Origin: an uncultured Nitrospiraceae bacterium
GTDB lineage: Bacteria; Nitrospirota; Nitrospiria; Nitrospirales; Nitrospiraceae
DNA length: 64,000 nucleotides
Assembly: GCA_963846575.1 (NCBI GenBank)
Contig: CAWJWJ010000002.1
Coordinates: 256,001 to 320,000 of the forward strand
Direction: 5' to 3'
Within the stretch, counting starts at the first letter, position 1; each line of letters begins with the position of its first letter. The notes under the pieces are model-generated. The model had not been told where the DNA came from, searched no databases, and saw nothing but the letters and a program-made list of their open reading frames with translations. Positions 50,364-61,889 of this stretch are shown here, piece by piece. Both the position numbers and the translations under genes were made by a program.

Positions 50364-51388
50364 AGACCCACGGCTGGTTCCGCTGTCTGGTTCGATCCCT
50401 GTCCAGCGGGAAGCTTGTCTACCTGAATGTCGAATCCTAGATCTTCGATCATCCGCCATACTTCTGCGGCAGGCTGCCCCGGTGTGGTGAGATAGCCGTT
50501 TACGAACACCGAGTCCGCCGGATAGAGCGCGAGCGGCTGCAGGCTCCGAAGATTGTGCTCCCGGCCCCCGGCAATCCGAAGCTCGGTTCGTGGATGAAGG
50601 AAGCGGAAGAGGCAGAGGGCCTTCAGGCATCGTTGCGGTGTGAGTGGAGTGCAGTGTTCTAATGGCGTGCCGGATGCGGGATGGAGTGTATTGAGTGGGA
50701 TTGAGTCCGGCTTGAGCTCACGGAGTGCCAAAGCCAAATCGATCAGGTCCTCATCGCTTTCCCCCATACCGACGATGCCACCCGAACAGATTTCCAGCCC
50801 GGCAGTACGTGCATGCCGAATGGTTGCCAACCGGTCCTGAAAAGTGTGTGTGCTGCAAATAGAAGGATGGTATGCCTCGCTGGTATTCAGATTGTGATTA
50901 ATTCGATCAACACCGGCGGCTTTGAGGTCTCTCGCTTGGCTTTCGTTGAGGAGTCCCAGGGAACAACAAACCTGGATCGGAACTTCCTGTTTGATGGACC
51001 GCACGGCTGAGGCTATTTCAACAATTTCCCTGTCCAGCGGGCTGCGCCCGCTGATCACGATGCAGTACCGCTGGGCCTTCGCGGCGGCGGCCCGGCGCGC
51101 GCCTGTCACCATTTGATCGTGGGGGAGCAATCCGTACCGCTCGATGGGAGCTGTAGAGACGGCTGATTGCGAGCAGTAGCCGCAGTCTTCCTGGCACGCA
51201 CCGCTTTTGGCATTCAGCAGCATTTGCAGCCGAACGGTTTTGCCGAAGTACCGTTCACGGACCCGAAAGGCCGCCTGCAAGAGTTCAAGGAGCTGGGAAT
51301 CCGGTGTTTGCAATACGGTGAGGCTTTCCTCGCGGGTGAGCAGCTCATCCCGCAAGGCCTTGTCGGCCAGGATCGTGAAGTCAGTCAT
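50354..51388 (-). CDS. bioB: Biotin synthase
   Basis: KSGACQEDCGYCSQS radical-SAM motif, NHNLNT, CSGGIVG and RIAGGRE. Confidence 0.95.
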   Translation of the reverse strand: MTDFTILADKALRDELLTREESLTVLQTPDSQLLELLQAAFRVRERYFGKTVRLQMLLNAKSGACQEDCGYCSQSAVSTAPIERYGLLPHDQMVTGARRAAAAKAQRYCIVISGRSPLDREIVEIASAVRSIKQEVPIQVCCSLGLLNESQARDLKAAGVDRINHNLNTSEAYHPSICSTHTFQDRLATIRHARTAGLEICSGGIVGMGESDEDLIDLALALRELKPDSIPLNTLHPASGTPLEHCTPLTPQRCLKALCLFRFLHPRTELRIAGGREHNLRSLQPLALYPADSVFVNGYLTTPGQPAAEVWRMIEDLGFDIQVDKLPAGQGSNQTAEPAVGLHS

Positions 51389-51488
51389 GCACGCTACTCC
51401 TCGGAAAAATAAGTCGAGCCGGGCCACCCGCGTCGTATTCCATGCGGAAGAAGCCTATTCTGTGAAGTGAAAAAAGAGCCGAGAAACC

Positions 51489-52889
51489 CTACACGGTTTC
51501 AAACGGAGATGCAATGCCTTGATAGGGGACAGCAGGGAATCGTGAGGCCCGCTCCTCTTGATCGGTATCGGGCTTATTAGTATCGCGCCACGGGAGGGCG
51601 ACGTAGGTGTTCCAGCGCCCGCAGCGTCGGCAGCGGCCGGACCACTCCGCCAATTCATGGTGGCACTGGGTGCACTGGTAGGGAACGACGACTCGTTTTT
51701 TGAAACCCAGTGCTTTCTTCAGTTCCCCTACGGCCTCATCCATGTGCTGCTTGCGCAAATACAGATTGGCCATGATCTTGTGGAAGTCGACGAGTTGCTC
51801 CTGTGACCCGTCGAGAGTCGAGAGGACGTCATACGCGTCATCGACCATTTCCAGCCTGTAGTAGAGCTTGCCCAGGTAGAACTGAATCACGGCATTGTGG
51901 GGGTCCTGCTGGAGAGCTTCTTGATAGGCACGAATGATTTCATCGGGCTCTCCCAACTCCAAAAAGAGCTCCTCCAACCGGTGCAGAATAATGATGCTCC
52001 GGGTTTTAACATAAATTTTCTTGAGAATTTCGACGGCGTTTTTAGTCTTACCCTCTCGTACCAGGATTTCCCCGATGCCAATGTAGGCCGGCAGAAAGGT
52101 GCGGTCCTTCTTGATCGCGCCTCGGAAATAACGACGGGCTTTGTCGGGGTGGCCGCGCTCCAGAAGTTGCCGTCCGACTTCGTACATGCAGCCAATAAGG
52201 AGGTTGGCCTCGGCACGCCGCTCGCTTTCAGGCAAGTTGGCCTTGACCAGCCGATGCTGGATTTCAAGGGCATCGCTCCACTTTTCAAGCCGGATTTGAA
52301 GGTCGCGTTTGCGGATCAGGGCCATGAGATTATCGGGCTCAATGCGGAGAATGTCCTGAAGTGTCTGGAGCGCCTCTTCATACCGACGGGCGCCTTCTAG
52401 GTCCTTTGCCAACTCCAACAGGACTTCCACATTGCGATCTTCGATACGGTGAGCCTGCTGGTGGAGGCGAATGGCCTCGGTGAAGTTGCCTTCAGACCGA
52501 TAGATGTTCCCGAGCCATAGCAATGAATCCGTCCGGTTGGGGTCAATGACCAGGGCACGTTCGAAAAGGCTGACCGCCTGGGCGGTTCGTTTGGACATGA
52601 AGGCGTGCGTACCGTCACGGTGGAGCGCATCGACCTTCTCTTTGCGCCGCACCAGGCGATTGGTGCGCCAGTTCACAAAGACGTGAGTGGTCTCCTTGAT
52701 GGTGACGATGAGAGCCACCAGCGTGGCTCCGAGAGCCATTGCAAATAACACCAATGAGACCGGACTCAGCTCGAACAATGCGTCGGGGCTGGTTCGAATC
52801 GTAATCGTCCCGGGGTTGAGCTCACGAAAATAACTGTAGAGAAAAATGCCGACGCTGACGAGGAAGATCGTTGAGAGGAGCCGAAACAT
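51489..52889 (-). CDS. lapB: LapA-LapB-like fusion (two TM helices, TPRs, rubredoxin-like tail)
   Basis: N-terminal TM-loop-TM, multiple TPRs, C-terminal CTQC...CRRCGRWNT. Confidence 0.78.
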   Translation of the reverse strand: MFRLLSTIFLVSVGIFLYSYFRELNPGTITIRTSPDALFELSPVSLVLFAMALGATLVALIVTIKETTHVFVNWRTNRLVRRKEKVDALHRDGTHAFMSKRTAQAVSLFERALVIDPNRTDSLLWLGNIYRSEGNFTEAIRLHQQAHRIEDRNVEVLLELAKDLEGARRYEEALQTLQDILRIEPDNLMALIRKRDLQIRLEKWSDALEIQHRLVKANLPESERRAEANLLIGCMYEVGRQLLERGHPDKARRYFRGAIKKDRTFLPAYIGIGEILVREGKTKNAVEILKKIYVKTRSIIILHRLEELFLELGEPDEIIRAYQEALQQDPHNAVIQFYLGKLYYRLEMVDDAYDVLSTLDGSQEQLVDFHKIMANLYLRKQHMDEAVGELKKALGFKKRVVVPYQCTQCHHELAEWSGRCRRCGRWNTYVALPWRDTNKPDTDQEERASRFPAVPYQGIASPFETV

Positions 52890-52890
52890 C

Positions 52891-53313
52891 CTAGACCCGT
52901 TTCCGGGTGCGAGCTGGACGTGCCGTGGGCGGTGCTGGCTGAGCGGCTTTCAGTGCGCGCTCCTCCGGCAACCGGACTTGTCCTGCGTCGCTCCACAGTC
53001 GTTCGAGCGCGTAGTGTTCGCGAATATCCTTCTGGAAAATGTGAACGATGACGTCACCAAAGTCCATGACGACCCACTTGGCTGACGACGCGCCCTCAAT
53101 ACTGAGGGGAGCATGTCCCTGTGCGCTGAGAATGTTGCTCACGTGATCGGCGATCGCGCGTGCTTGACGGTCCGATTCCCCGGAGCCGATCACCAGGTAG
53201 TCGGCAATGGAAGTCAGGGAGGCGATATGCAGGATCAGGACATCGGTGGCCTTCTTATCCAGGATGGCGCTGGCCACCGCGAGAGCTTTGACCTTTGATT
53301 CAGATGCGCTCAC
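52891..53313 (-). CDS. rsfS: Ribosome silencing factor
   Basis: DKKA, DYLVIGSG and WVVMDFGDVIVHIF...YALERLW. Confidence 0.95.
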   Translation of the reverse strand: MSASESKVKALAVASAILDKKATDVLILHIASLTSIADYLVIGSGESDRQARAIADHVSNILSAQGHAPLSIEGASSAKWVVMDFGDVIVHIFQKDIREHYALERLWSDAGQVRLPEERALKAAQPAPPTARPARTRKRV

Positions 53314-53980
53314 TGTCCTCCCTGTATAACCCCTGGTGAAGTATATAGGATTCGACAGAAGCGGGCAACAGATTTACCAGAGGTCGGCCCTCCCGCACGC
53401 GCCGTCTGATTTCAGACGCGGAGACGTTGCAGGGCGGCAGCCGCAGGAGAGTCAACGTTCCCCCGTGAAGAAGAACCTCGTCTGCCCGCTCTTTGCTGGA
53501 GGCGTCGAGTGCGGCCAGAGTGTCCGACCGTAGCTCGTGAAAGAAGGGAATCGCCGCCAAGGCCAGAAAACTGACGGAAGGTCGTGAAAACACCACGAAA
53601 TGACAACTGGCCAGCAACGTTTCCGGCTCTTTCCACGAAGGAAGGTCCAGAAACGCATCCAACCCGATGATGAAGAATAACTCGCTCCCGGGGGAGTATT
53701 CCTCGCGAATCGCGCGAACGGTATCGATCGAATAGGATTTGCCAGGACGGCGGATTTCGATGTCTGCGGGGGCGAACCCAGGCTCCTCCCGAAGCGCCAG
53801 CTCGACCATTCGATAGCGGTCCTGCGCAGCGGCAAGCGTGTTTGGTTGTTTGTGCGGTGGGTCACCGGTTGGAACAAACAGTATGCGGTCGAGTTGGAGG
53901 AGTTGTGTCGCGGATCGAGCGATTGATAGGTGGCACCGGTGTATCGGATTGAAGCTGCCGCCCAAGAGTCCCAACCGCAT
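53300..53980 (-). CDS. nadD: Nicotinate-nucleotide adenylyltransferase
   Basis: GGSFNPIH, PPHK, SYSIDT and VSASEIR. Confidence 0.93.
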   Translation of the reverse strand: MRLGLLGGSFNPIHRCHLSIARSATQLLQLDRILFVPTGDPPHKQPNTLAAAQDRYRMVELALREEPGFAPADIEIRRPGKSYSIDTVRAIREEYSPGSELFFIIGLDAFLDLPSWKEPETLLASCHFVVFSRPSVSFLALAAIPFFHELRSDTLAALDASSKERADEVLLHGGTLTLLRLPPCNVSASEIRRRVREGRPLVNLLPASVESYILHQGLYREDSERI

Positions 53981-54080
53981 GTGTAGTCGGCTTCCTGCGA
54001 GAGATCGTTGATGGTGAAGTTGTCGGCCGACCTCGGAGATCTCGATTCCGCTGCCGGGGATTCAGTTGGTGAGCGTCGGT

Positions 54081-55202
54081 TTAGAGAATGACCAGGTTGT
54101 CTCGATGAATCACTTCCTCATAGTCCTGGAGACCCGGGAGTTTTTGAATATCAATCGTCTTCAGTCCCTTGATGCGGGCCAAGGTCTCCGAAGAGAAGTT
54201 GACCAGGCCTTTGGCGCACTCCTTCCCGTCCGGGGCGAGGCAGGTGACCGGGTCGCCGGCGTCGAAATGGCCTGTACTATCAAGAATGCCGGAGGCCAGG
54301 AGGCTTTTCCCCTTCTGGACCAACGCTTCCACGGCGCCTTGATCCAGCCGTACTTGTCCACGCGGGCGTAAAGTAAACGCGATCCAGTGCTTTCGGCTGT
54401 TCAATCGGCGTTCGCGGGCAAGGAACAGGCTCCCTCCAGGCATTCCAGCGAGCACCTCCGGAAGGAGCTTCGATTGGGTGCCGTTGAGAATCAGGGTCGC
54501 CACTCCGTACTCGCCGACTTTTTTTGCGGCACGTACCTTGGTGGACATACCGCCGGTACCTTCGAAGGTGGAGGACAAGCCGGCCCGTCGTTCAATGTCC
54601 TCGGTAATGCCATGGATCAATGGAATGAGCGTCGCAGCCGGGTCTTTGCGAGGGTCGGCAGTAAACAGCCCGTCCACATCGGACAGGATCACGAGCAGAT
54701 CCGCATCCACCAGATGTGCCACCTGTGCCGCAAGGGTGTCGTTGTCCCCCACGCGCAGTTCTTCCACGGCGACGGTGTCATTTTCGTTAATGATGGGAAT
54801 CACACCGAACTTGATCAGCGTGGTGAGGGTGTGCCGGGCATTGAGAAATCGCCGTCGGTCGGCCAGGTCTTGGTGCGTCAGCAGGACTTGCGCCACCCGG
54901 AGACTCAGGCGCTCGAAAGCCTTTTCATAGGCCCACATCAGGTGGCTTTGACCCACCGCTGCGGCGGCCTGCTTCACTGGCAGGCTCTTGGGATATTCGC
55001 GCAGTCCAAGCTTCTTGATTCCGGACACCACCGCACCGGATGACACCACTAACACTTCGCGGCCTTGGGCTCGGACGTCGGCGATCTCGCCGGCAAGGCG
55101 ATCGATCCGCTCGGAGCTCAGGCCGGTTTCGCGCGATGCGACCAGGCTGCTTCCGATCTTGATGACGATGCGTTTCGCCTGTCTTAGGAGTTCGTCTCGC
55201 AC
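54081..55202 (-). CDS. proB: Glutamate 5-kinase with PUA domain
   Basis: KIGSS, NENDTV, GDNDTL, TGGMSTK and KSLL. Confidence 0.95.
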   Translation of the reverse strand: MRDELLRQAKRIVIKIGSSLVASRETGLSSERIDRLAGEIADVRAQGREVLVVSSGAVVSGIKKLGLREYPKSLPVKQAAAAVGQSHLMWAYEKAFERLSLRVAQVLLTHQDLADRRRFLNARHTLTTLIKFGVIPIINENDTVAVEELRVGDNDTLAAQVAHLVDADLLVILSDVDGLFTADPRKDPAATLIPLIHGITEDIERRAGLSSTFEGTGGMSTKVRAAKKVGEYGVATLILNGTQSKLLPEVLAGMPGGSLFLARERRLNSRKHWIAFTLRPRGQVRLDQGAVEALVQKGKSLLASGILDSTGHFDAGDPVTCLAPDGKECAKGLVNFSSETLARIKGLKTIDIQKLPGLQDYEEVIHRDNLVIL

Positions 55203-56215
55203 GGGGTTTTCCGGAGAAGGTCCACCTGCTGGCCCATATAACGTACGCACTCATCCAGTCCCTCTCGAGTGGCTGCCGAAATCGGGAAGAATGGAATTTT
55301 TCGTCGTTGGCAATATTTTCTCAGCCGGTGGAGGCGCTCCCCCTCCCCCTTTACGTCGAGTTTTGTGCCCAGCACGGCAAATGGGCGCGCGGCCAGGGCG
55401 TCGTCGTAGGCCGTGAGTTCCTGGCGCATGACCTCGAAGCTGGTCACAGGGTCTTCCGTGATCCACTCGGAGATATCGATCACATGAATCAGGAGGCTGG
55501 TTCGTTCGATGTGGCGAAGAAACTGGAATCCCAGTCCCTTGCCTTCGTGAGCTCCTTCTATGAGCCCCGGAATATCAGCGATAACGAAGGATTGGGTTTC
55601 ATTCCATCGCACGACCGCCAAATTTGGCGTGAGCGTGGTGAACGGGTAGTCCGCGATCTTTGGTCTTGCTGCTGAGATGGAAGCGATCAGAGTTGATTTG
55701 CCGGCGTTTGGATAGCCGACTAATCCGACATCCGCTAGCAATTTCAGGTCGAGTCGAAGAAAGCGCTCTTCACCGGGTGTTCCCAGTTCAAACTGTGTCG
55801 GAACCCGGTTAGTTGAGGTGGCGAATCGAGAATTGCCTTTGCCCCCAAGGCCCCCCTTGGCGATAACGCAGCTCTCGCCATCCATCGTGAGATCGGCTAG
55901 GAGTTCTTGGGTCGTGTCATCAAACACCATGGTGCCGACCGGAACGGGGATGTATACATCGACGCCCCGGCGCCCCTGGCAATTGCTGCCCCCTCCGGCC
56001 TCGCCGTTTTCGGCCTCGTAATGTTTTTGGTATCGTAGATCCAGGAGGGTGCTGAGGCGCGTGGTGGACTGTACAATGACGCTGCCGCCATTCCCCCCGT
56101 CTCCGCCATCCGGGCCGCCGCGAGGAACGAATTTCTCCCTGCGAAAGCTGCAGGCCCCATTGCCGCCGTGACCGGCTTTCACAAGAACCTGGACTTGATC
56201 GACAAATGTAGCCAT
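55184..56215 (-). CDS. obgE: GTPase ObgE
   Basis: FRREKFVPRGGPDGGDGG, GYPNAGKS, DYPFTT and DIPG. Confidence 0.97.
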   Translation of the reverse strand: MATFVDQVQVLVKAGHGGNGACSFRREKFVPRGGPDGGDGGNGGSVIVQSTTRLSTLLDLRYQKHYEAENGEAGGGSNCQGRRGVDVYIPVPVGTMVFDDTTQELLADLTMDGESCVIAKGGLGGKGNSRFATSTNRVPTQFELGTPGEERFLRLDLKLLADVGLVGYPNAGKSTLIASISAARPKIADYPFTTLTPNLAVVRWNETQSFVIADIPGLIEGAHEGKGLGFQFLRHIERTSLLIHVIDISEWITEDPVTSFEVMRQELTAYDDALAARPFAVLGTKLDVKGEGERLHRLRKYCQRRKIPFFPISAATREGLDECVRYMGQQVDLLRKTPCETNS

Positions 56216-56341
56216 CGCAGCAACCCCCAGACGGCGCGGTGATTCAGAGCCAGCAGTATATCGTATTCGCCGGTCCCGGGGGAGGCTGCGCGAGCGAAAG
56301 GCGCCTGGTCTGTGGAAATAATGGCGTGAACTGAGGAGAGA

Positions 56342-56605
56342 TCAGGCCTTTGCTGTCACAGGATAGACGCTGACCTTTTGTCGGCCGCGGCCACCTTCAA
56401 ATTTCACTACCCCGCCTACATAGGCAAACAGGGTATGGTCCCGGCCCAGACCGACATTGAATCCAGGGAAAAATTTCGTCCCGCGCTGGCGCACGATGAT
56501 GGACCCGGCCTTGATGGTCTCGCCGCCGTAGGCCTTAACGCCAAGGTATTGCGGATTACTGTCGCGGCCGTTCCTAGTCGAACCGCCGCCTTTGTTTGTT
56601 GCCAT
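56342..56605 (-). CDS. rpmA: 50S ribosomal protein L27
   Basis: [10 protein letters not shown]...[10 protein letters not shown]. Confidence 0.97.
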   Translation of the reverse strand: MATNKGGGSTRNGRDSNPQYLGVKAYGGETIKAGSIIVRQRGTKFFPGFNVGLGRDHTLFAYVGGVVKFEGGRGRQKVSVYPVTAKA

Positions 56606-56626
56606 GGAAGATTCCCCTTCGAATCG

Positions 56627-56941
56627 TTACTTCGTTTCGATCTCAGTGACCCGCAGCTGCGTGAACCCTTGCCGGTGGCCTCGGGTTCGACGATAATTCT
56701 TGCGGCGATGCTTCTTGAAGACCGTGATGGATCGGGTGCGTCCCTGGCGAATGATTTCCGCCGTCACGCGTGCCCCAGTGATGATCGGCTGGCCGACCAC
56801 CAGTCCGCCCTCGCCATGCAGCAGCCGCACCCGGTCGATCTGCACCGAATTCCCGACCTCCCCAGGGAGTGATTCCACCTGGAGTACCGTTCCGGATTCT
56901 ACTCGATACTGTTTCCCGCCCGTCTCAATAATAGCGTACAT
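56627..56941 (-). CDS. rplU: 50S ribosomal protein L21
   Basis: MYAIIETGGKQYRV...GHRQ. Confidence 0.97.
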   Translation of the reverse strand: MYAIIETGGKQYRVESGTVLQVESLPGEVGNSVQIDRVRLLHGEGGLVVGQPIITGARVTAEIIRQGRTRSITVFKKHRRKNYRRTRGHRQGFTQLRVTEIETK

Positions 56942-57162
56942 GTGCTTCTTTCTCCTCGTCAGCAGAACGTGAGTGTCTATCACAGCTGGAAATGAGGTGT
57001 CAAGGAGAAGTCATCCCTGTGTTGCGCCGGTGAACCGTGGGAAGCCACGAGTTCGGCTTGAGACCCGTTCCGGTGCATTTAACTCGAATCAGAACCGCCA
57101 ACGCTCCCTTGCCCGGGCTGTTGTCTTGACGCTCATTGTGACCCGCTGGTATGATCCCGCGC

Positions 57163-58077
57163 ATGTTGCAAGCCAGCGAAAAAATATGGATGGATGGGAC
57201 ATTTGTCGCCTGGGCCGATGCCCAGGTCCACGTGCTGACACACTCGCTCCACTACGGATTGGCGGCCTTTGAAGGCATCCGGTGCTACAAAGGGAAAAGC
57301 GGGTCGGCCATTTTTCGATTGCCCGAGCATGTGGATCGTCTGTTTGAATCCGCCCATATTGCATTGATTGAGATGCCCTACGACAAGAAGCAGATCACCG
57401 AGGCCATCGTCGAGACCGTGAGGATCAATCGGTTGGAAGCGTGCTACATTCGTCCCCTCGTGTACATCGGGTATGGATCCATGGGTCTCTATCCTGGGGA
57501 AAATCCCATCAAGGTAAGTATCGCTGCCTGGAAGTGGGGGACGTATTTGGGGGACGAGGCACTGTCCAAAGGAATTCGGGCAAGGGTCTCCTCATTTACG
57601 CGCCATCATGTGAATGTGTCCATGACCCGCGGGAAAATATCTGGCTACTACGTCAATTCCATTCTCGCCAAACGTGAAGTCAAGGCGGATGGTTACGACG
57701 AGGCCATCATGCTCGACCCCGAGGGGTATGTGGCGGAGGGAACGGGGGAAAACGTCTTTATCGTCAGGCGTGGTGTCCTGAAAACAACCCCCTTGACCTC
57801 GATTCTTGAGGGTATTACACGAAATTCCATCATTCAGTTGGCGAAGGAACGTAACATACCTGTGGTCGAAGAACGCTTTACACGGGACGAAATGTACGTG
57901 GCGGAGGAGGTGTTTGTCACCGGCACCGCGGCGGAACTCACACCGGTTACTGAAATCGACCAGCGGAGCATTGGCACGGGAAGGCCAGGTTCGATCACTC
58001 AGGCACTACAAAAGGCATTCTTTGAGGTTGTGGGAGGGACAGATCCTGTTCACCGGCAGTGGCTCACCCCCGTCTAG
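57163..58077 (+). CDS. ilvE: Branched-chain amino acid aminotransferase
   Basis: HSLHYG...FEGIR, YIRP, EGTGEN, LEGITR and GTAAE. Confidence 0.95.
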   Translation: MLQASEKIWMDGTFVAWADAQVHVLTHSLHYGLAAFEGIRCYKGKSGSAIFRLPEHVDRLFESAHIALIEMPYDKKQITEAIVETVRINRLEACYIRPLVYIGYGSMGLYPGENPIKVSIAAWKWGTYLGDEALSKGIRARVSSFTRHHVNVSMTRGKISGYYVNSILAKREVKADGYDEAIMLDPEGYVAEGTGENVFIVRRGVLKTTPLTSILEGITRNSIIQLAKERNIPVVEERFTRDEMYVAEEVFVTGTAAELTPVTEIDQRSIGTGRPGSITQALQKAFFEVVGGTDPVHRQWLTPV

Positions 58078-58193
58078 AGTTTGATTCCGTTTCTTTTTCC
58101 CCCAGCCCAAAAACATCAAATGAAACAGGGCGCTCTGCAGCCGCTTGGTTTCGCGAAGCTTGTCTAGGGACGACAGGGGGATTCGAAGAACTG

Positions 58194-58547
58194 CTAGTGG
58201 GAACCTTCGCCTGCGGGATGTGATTCCGTGGCAGGAGGCGTGGGAGCTGCAGGTGGTGTTGTGCTTGGCCCACCCGCGGCAGGTTTCTTATTCAAATCTA
58301 TGACGGTTGAGGAGAAGTTTCGTTCTTTCGCCAGAATCGCCAAGGTTAGCGAAGTGAACATGAACACAAAGGCGGTGATGACGGTGAACTTGCTCAGAAA
58401 GTTCGCCGGTCCTCGGCTGCCGAATACGGTTTGGCTTGAACCACCGAAGGCCGCACCGATTTCAGCTCCTTTGCCGGATTGCAATAGAATTGCCCCAATC
58501 ATGAGCAAACAGACGATGATGTGAATGATGACGAGTAAGGTGTACAT
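58194..58547 (-). CDS. secG: Preprotein translocase subunit SecG
   Basis: ILLQSGKG...FGGSSQTVFGSRG; lies downstream of tpiA. Confidence 0.95.
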   Translation of the reverse strand: MYTLLVIIHIIVCLLMIGAILLQSGKGAEIGAAFGGSSQTVFGSRGPANFLSKFTVITAFVFMFTSLTLAILAKERNFSSTVIDLNKKPAAGGPSTTPPAAPTPPATESHPAGEGSH

Positions 58548-58554
58548 GTTGAAA

Positions 58555-59334
58555 TTAGGCCGTGGCAGGTTTGGACCCGAGTGCGACCGACAGGAGTGTA
58601 GCAAAACAGGCTGGGTCTAAACAAGCCCCACCCACGAGTGCACCGTCGATTTCTGAAGAATCGAGGAAACCGGCAATGTTCTGTGGCGTGACGCTGCCCC
58701 CATACAGGATCCGCACCCGGCGGCTGCTGTCTGAGTTGCTCAGCTGGTCAATGGTCTGACGGATCATTTGGTGGACCGGGACAGCATGATGGGGCGATGC
58801 GGCCCGACCGGTCCCAATGGCCCAGACAGGCTCATAGGCGATTGTCACGGACTGGAGCGCCCGCGGCTCGATTCCGGCGAGGCCGGCTCGAAGCTGACGT
58901 TGAATGACGAGGTTCGTACCGCCGGCTTCGTATTCTTGTAGTGTTTCCCCTACGCAAAGGATCGGCTGGAGGTCGTGACGAATGGCCGCGTGCACTTTCC
59001 TGTTGGTCCAGGTGTCCTGCTCCCCGAACAGATGCCGGCGCTCGGAGTGGCCTATGATGACGAAGTGGCAACCCAGATCCTTCAACATCGCGCCGGACAC
59101 TTCTCCGGTGTAGGCCCCTTTCTCCTCCCAGTAGAGATTTTGCGCACCGAATAAAAACTGCGATGTGGTTCCCAGCGCCTCACGGACTGCAGGCAGAGCC
59201 GTGAATGGCGGCGTCAGGCCCACGTCGATCCCGCTGCAGTCTGAGACCTGTTGCGTAAGTTCGCGAACGAACGCCGTAGCCTCAGAGGCAGTTTTGTTCA
59301 TTTTCCAGTTGCCGACAATAAAGCGAGTTCTCAC
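58555..59334 (-). CDS. tpiA: Triosephosphate isomerase
   Basis: GNWKMN, GHSERR, AYEPVWAIGTG and YGGSV. Confidence 0.97.
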   Translation of the reverse strand: MRTRFIVGNWKMNKTASEATAFVRELTQQVSDCSGIDVGLTPPFTALPAVREALGTTSQFLFGAQNLYWEEKGAYTGEVSGAMLKDLGCHFVIIGHSERRHLFGEQDTWTNRKVHAAIRHDLQPILCVGETLQEYEAGGTNLVIQRQLRAGLAGIEPRALQSVTIAYEPVWAIGTGRAASPHHAVPVHQMIRQTIDQLSNSDSSRRVRILYGGSVTPQNIAGFLDSSEIDGALVGGACLDPACFATLLSVALGSKPATA

Positions 59335-59371
59335 GAGTCCTCGGTGGTGATGGCGAAGCGACCTAGACTCG

Positions 59372-60571
59372 CTAGGAGGTGCGATTGGGGAGTGCCGCGA
59401 GACCAGGGAGAGTTTTCCCCTCCAATAGCTCGAGTGCGGCTCCTCCACCGGTTGAAATGAACGAGATGCTTTCAGATTCTCCGGCTCGATGGATGGCGAG
59501 CGCCGTTTCTCCCCCGCCGACAATGGTCAGGGCATAGGCATTGGCGACCTCATGGGCCATTGCCAGCGTGCCTCGGGCAAAGGCATCCACTTCAAACATG
59601 CCCATGGGACCATTCCAGAGAATGGTTTTGGCGTCCTGCACAGCTTCGGAGAACAGTTTGACGGAGGCGGGGCCGATATCCAGCCCATACCAACCTTTTG
59701 GGATTTCCTGCACCGTAACGATTTTCGTCTCGGCTCCCGGTTCGCGACTGGCCGCGACTACGCAGTCCACCGGTAGATAGAACTTGACGCCGCTGGCGAA
59801 GGCGTGATCTTGAACCCCCTTGGCGAAGTCCAACATGTCATTTTCGACCAGCGATTGGCCGATCTCAAGTCCCATGGCCTTTAAAAAAGTAAAGGCCATT
59901 CCGCCGCCGATGATGACCTTGTCGACTTTTTTCCCGAGATTCTCAATCACCCCGATTTTGCCGGACACTTTGGCGCCGCCGAGAATGGCAACAAAGGGTC
60001 GAACCGGGTTTTCCACTGCCCCTTCAAGGTACTCGATTTCTTTCTTCAGCAGATAGCCGGCTGCAGCCTCCGGAATGAATTTAGTAATGCCGACTGTCGA
60101 GGCATGAGCGCGGTGCGCGGCGCCGAATGCGTCATTGATATAGACATCGGCAAGGGAAGCCAGGGCTTTGGAGAAGCCGTCGTCGTTTTTTTCTTCTCCG
60201 GGATGGAAACGAAGGTTTTCCAGCAGCATTACATCACCGGGCTGCATTTTAGCCACCAGGCCTTCCACGGCCTGACCGATACAATCCGGAGCGAAAATGA
60301 CTTCTTTGCCCAGCAGGCGTTGGAGGCGCTTGGCAATGGGGGCCAGGCTGAATTTCGGGTCGAACTTTCCTTTCGGGCGACCAAGGTGTGAGCAGAGAAT
60401 GACCTTCGCTCCTTCATCGACTGCGCGATTGATGGTCGGGAGGGTCGATCGGATTCTCGTGTCGTCGGTGATCTGCAATGACTCGTCGAGCGGGACGTTG
60501 TAGTCCGCACGAATGATGACGCGCTTCCCACCGAGCTGAACATCCTCAATGATTCGCTTCCGAAGATTCAT
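59372..60571 (-). CDS. pgk: Phosphoglycerate kinase
   Basis: DYNVP, SHLGRP, LENLRF, GGAKV and STGGGA. Confidence 0.97.
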   Translation of the reverse strand: MNLRKRIIEDVQLGGKRVIIRADYNVPLDESLQITDDTRIRSTLPTINRAVDEGAKVILCSHLGRPKGKFDPKFSLAPIAKRLQRLLGKEVIFAPDCIGQAVEGLVAKMQPGDVMLLENLRFHPGEEKNDDGFSKALASLADVYINDAFGAAHRAHASTVGITKFIPEAAAGYLLKKEIEYLEGAVENPVRPFVAILGGAKVSGKIGVIENLGKKVDKVIIGGGMAFTFLKAMGLEIGQSLVENDMLDFAKGVQDHAFASGVKFYLPVDCVVAASREPGAETKIVTVQEIPKGWYGLDIGPASVKLFSEAVQDAKTILWNGPMGMFEVDAFARGTLAMAHEVANAYALTIVGGGETALAIHRAGESESISFISTGGGAALELLEGKTLPGLAALPNRTS

Positions 60572-60664
60572 GGCAGATCCTCACTCCTCCTGTGTATGTC
60601 CAGAACCGGTGATCTCAGGGATCGGCTGGTGCCGCAGGTCAGAAGAGCCTGGCATAAGACCAGT

Positions 60665-61684
<1,020 letters not shown>

Positions 61685-61889
61685 TCAAGAATTAAGCGGG
61701 TTGAACAGAGTGAGCCTGAGGCGATAGTACTGACCGACTTTCTGCGTGTCAAGCATACAAAAATGGGGAATGGTTCCAATCGATGCCGTGATTATTGGAC
61801 AGCATCACAACCAATTTGCGTGCCTTGCCTGACTGGATGAGGTCGGGTAGAGTCTGGCGTTCTGAGGGGCCGACAACAGGCGGGGTGTC

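Noticed and set aside
58078..58193. TTCGAATCCCC after secG, where tRNA-Leu often lies
   Set aside because: No acceptor, D or anticodon arms can be formed
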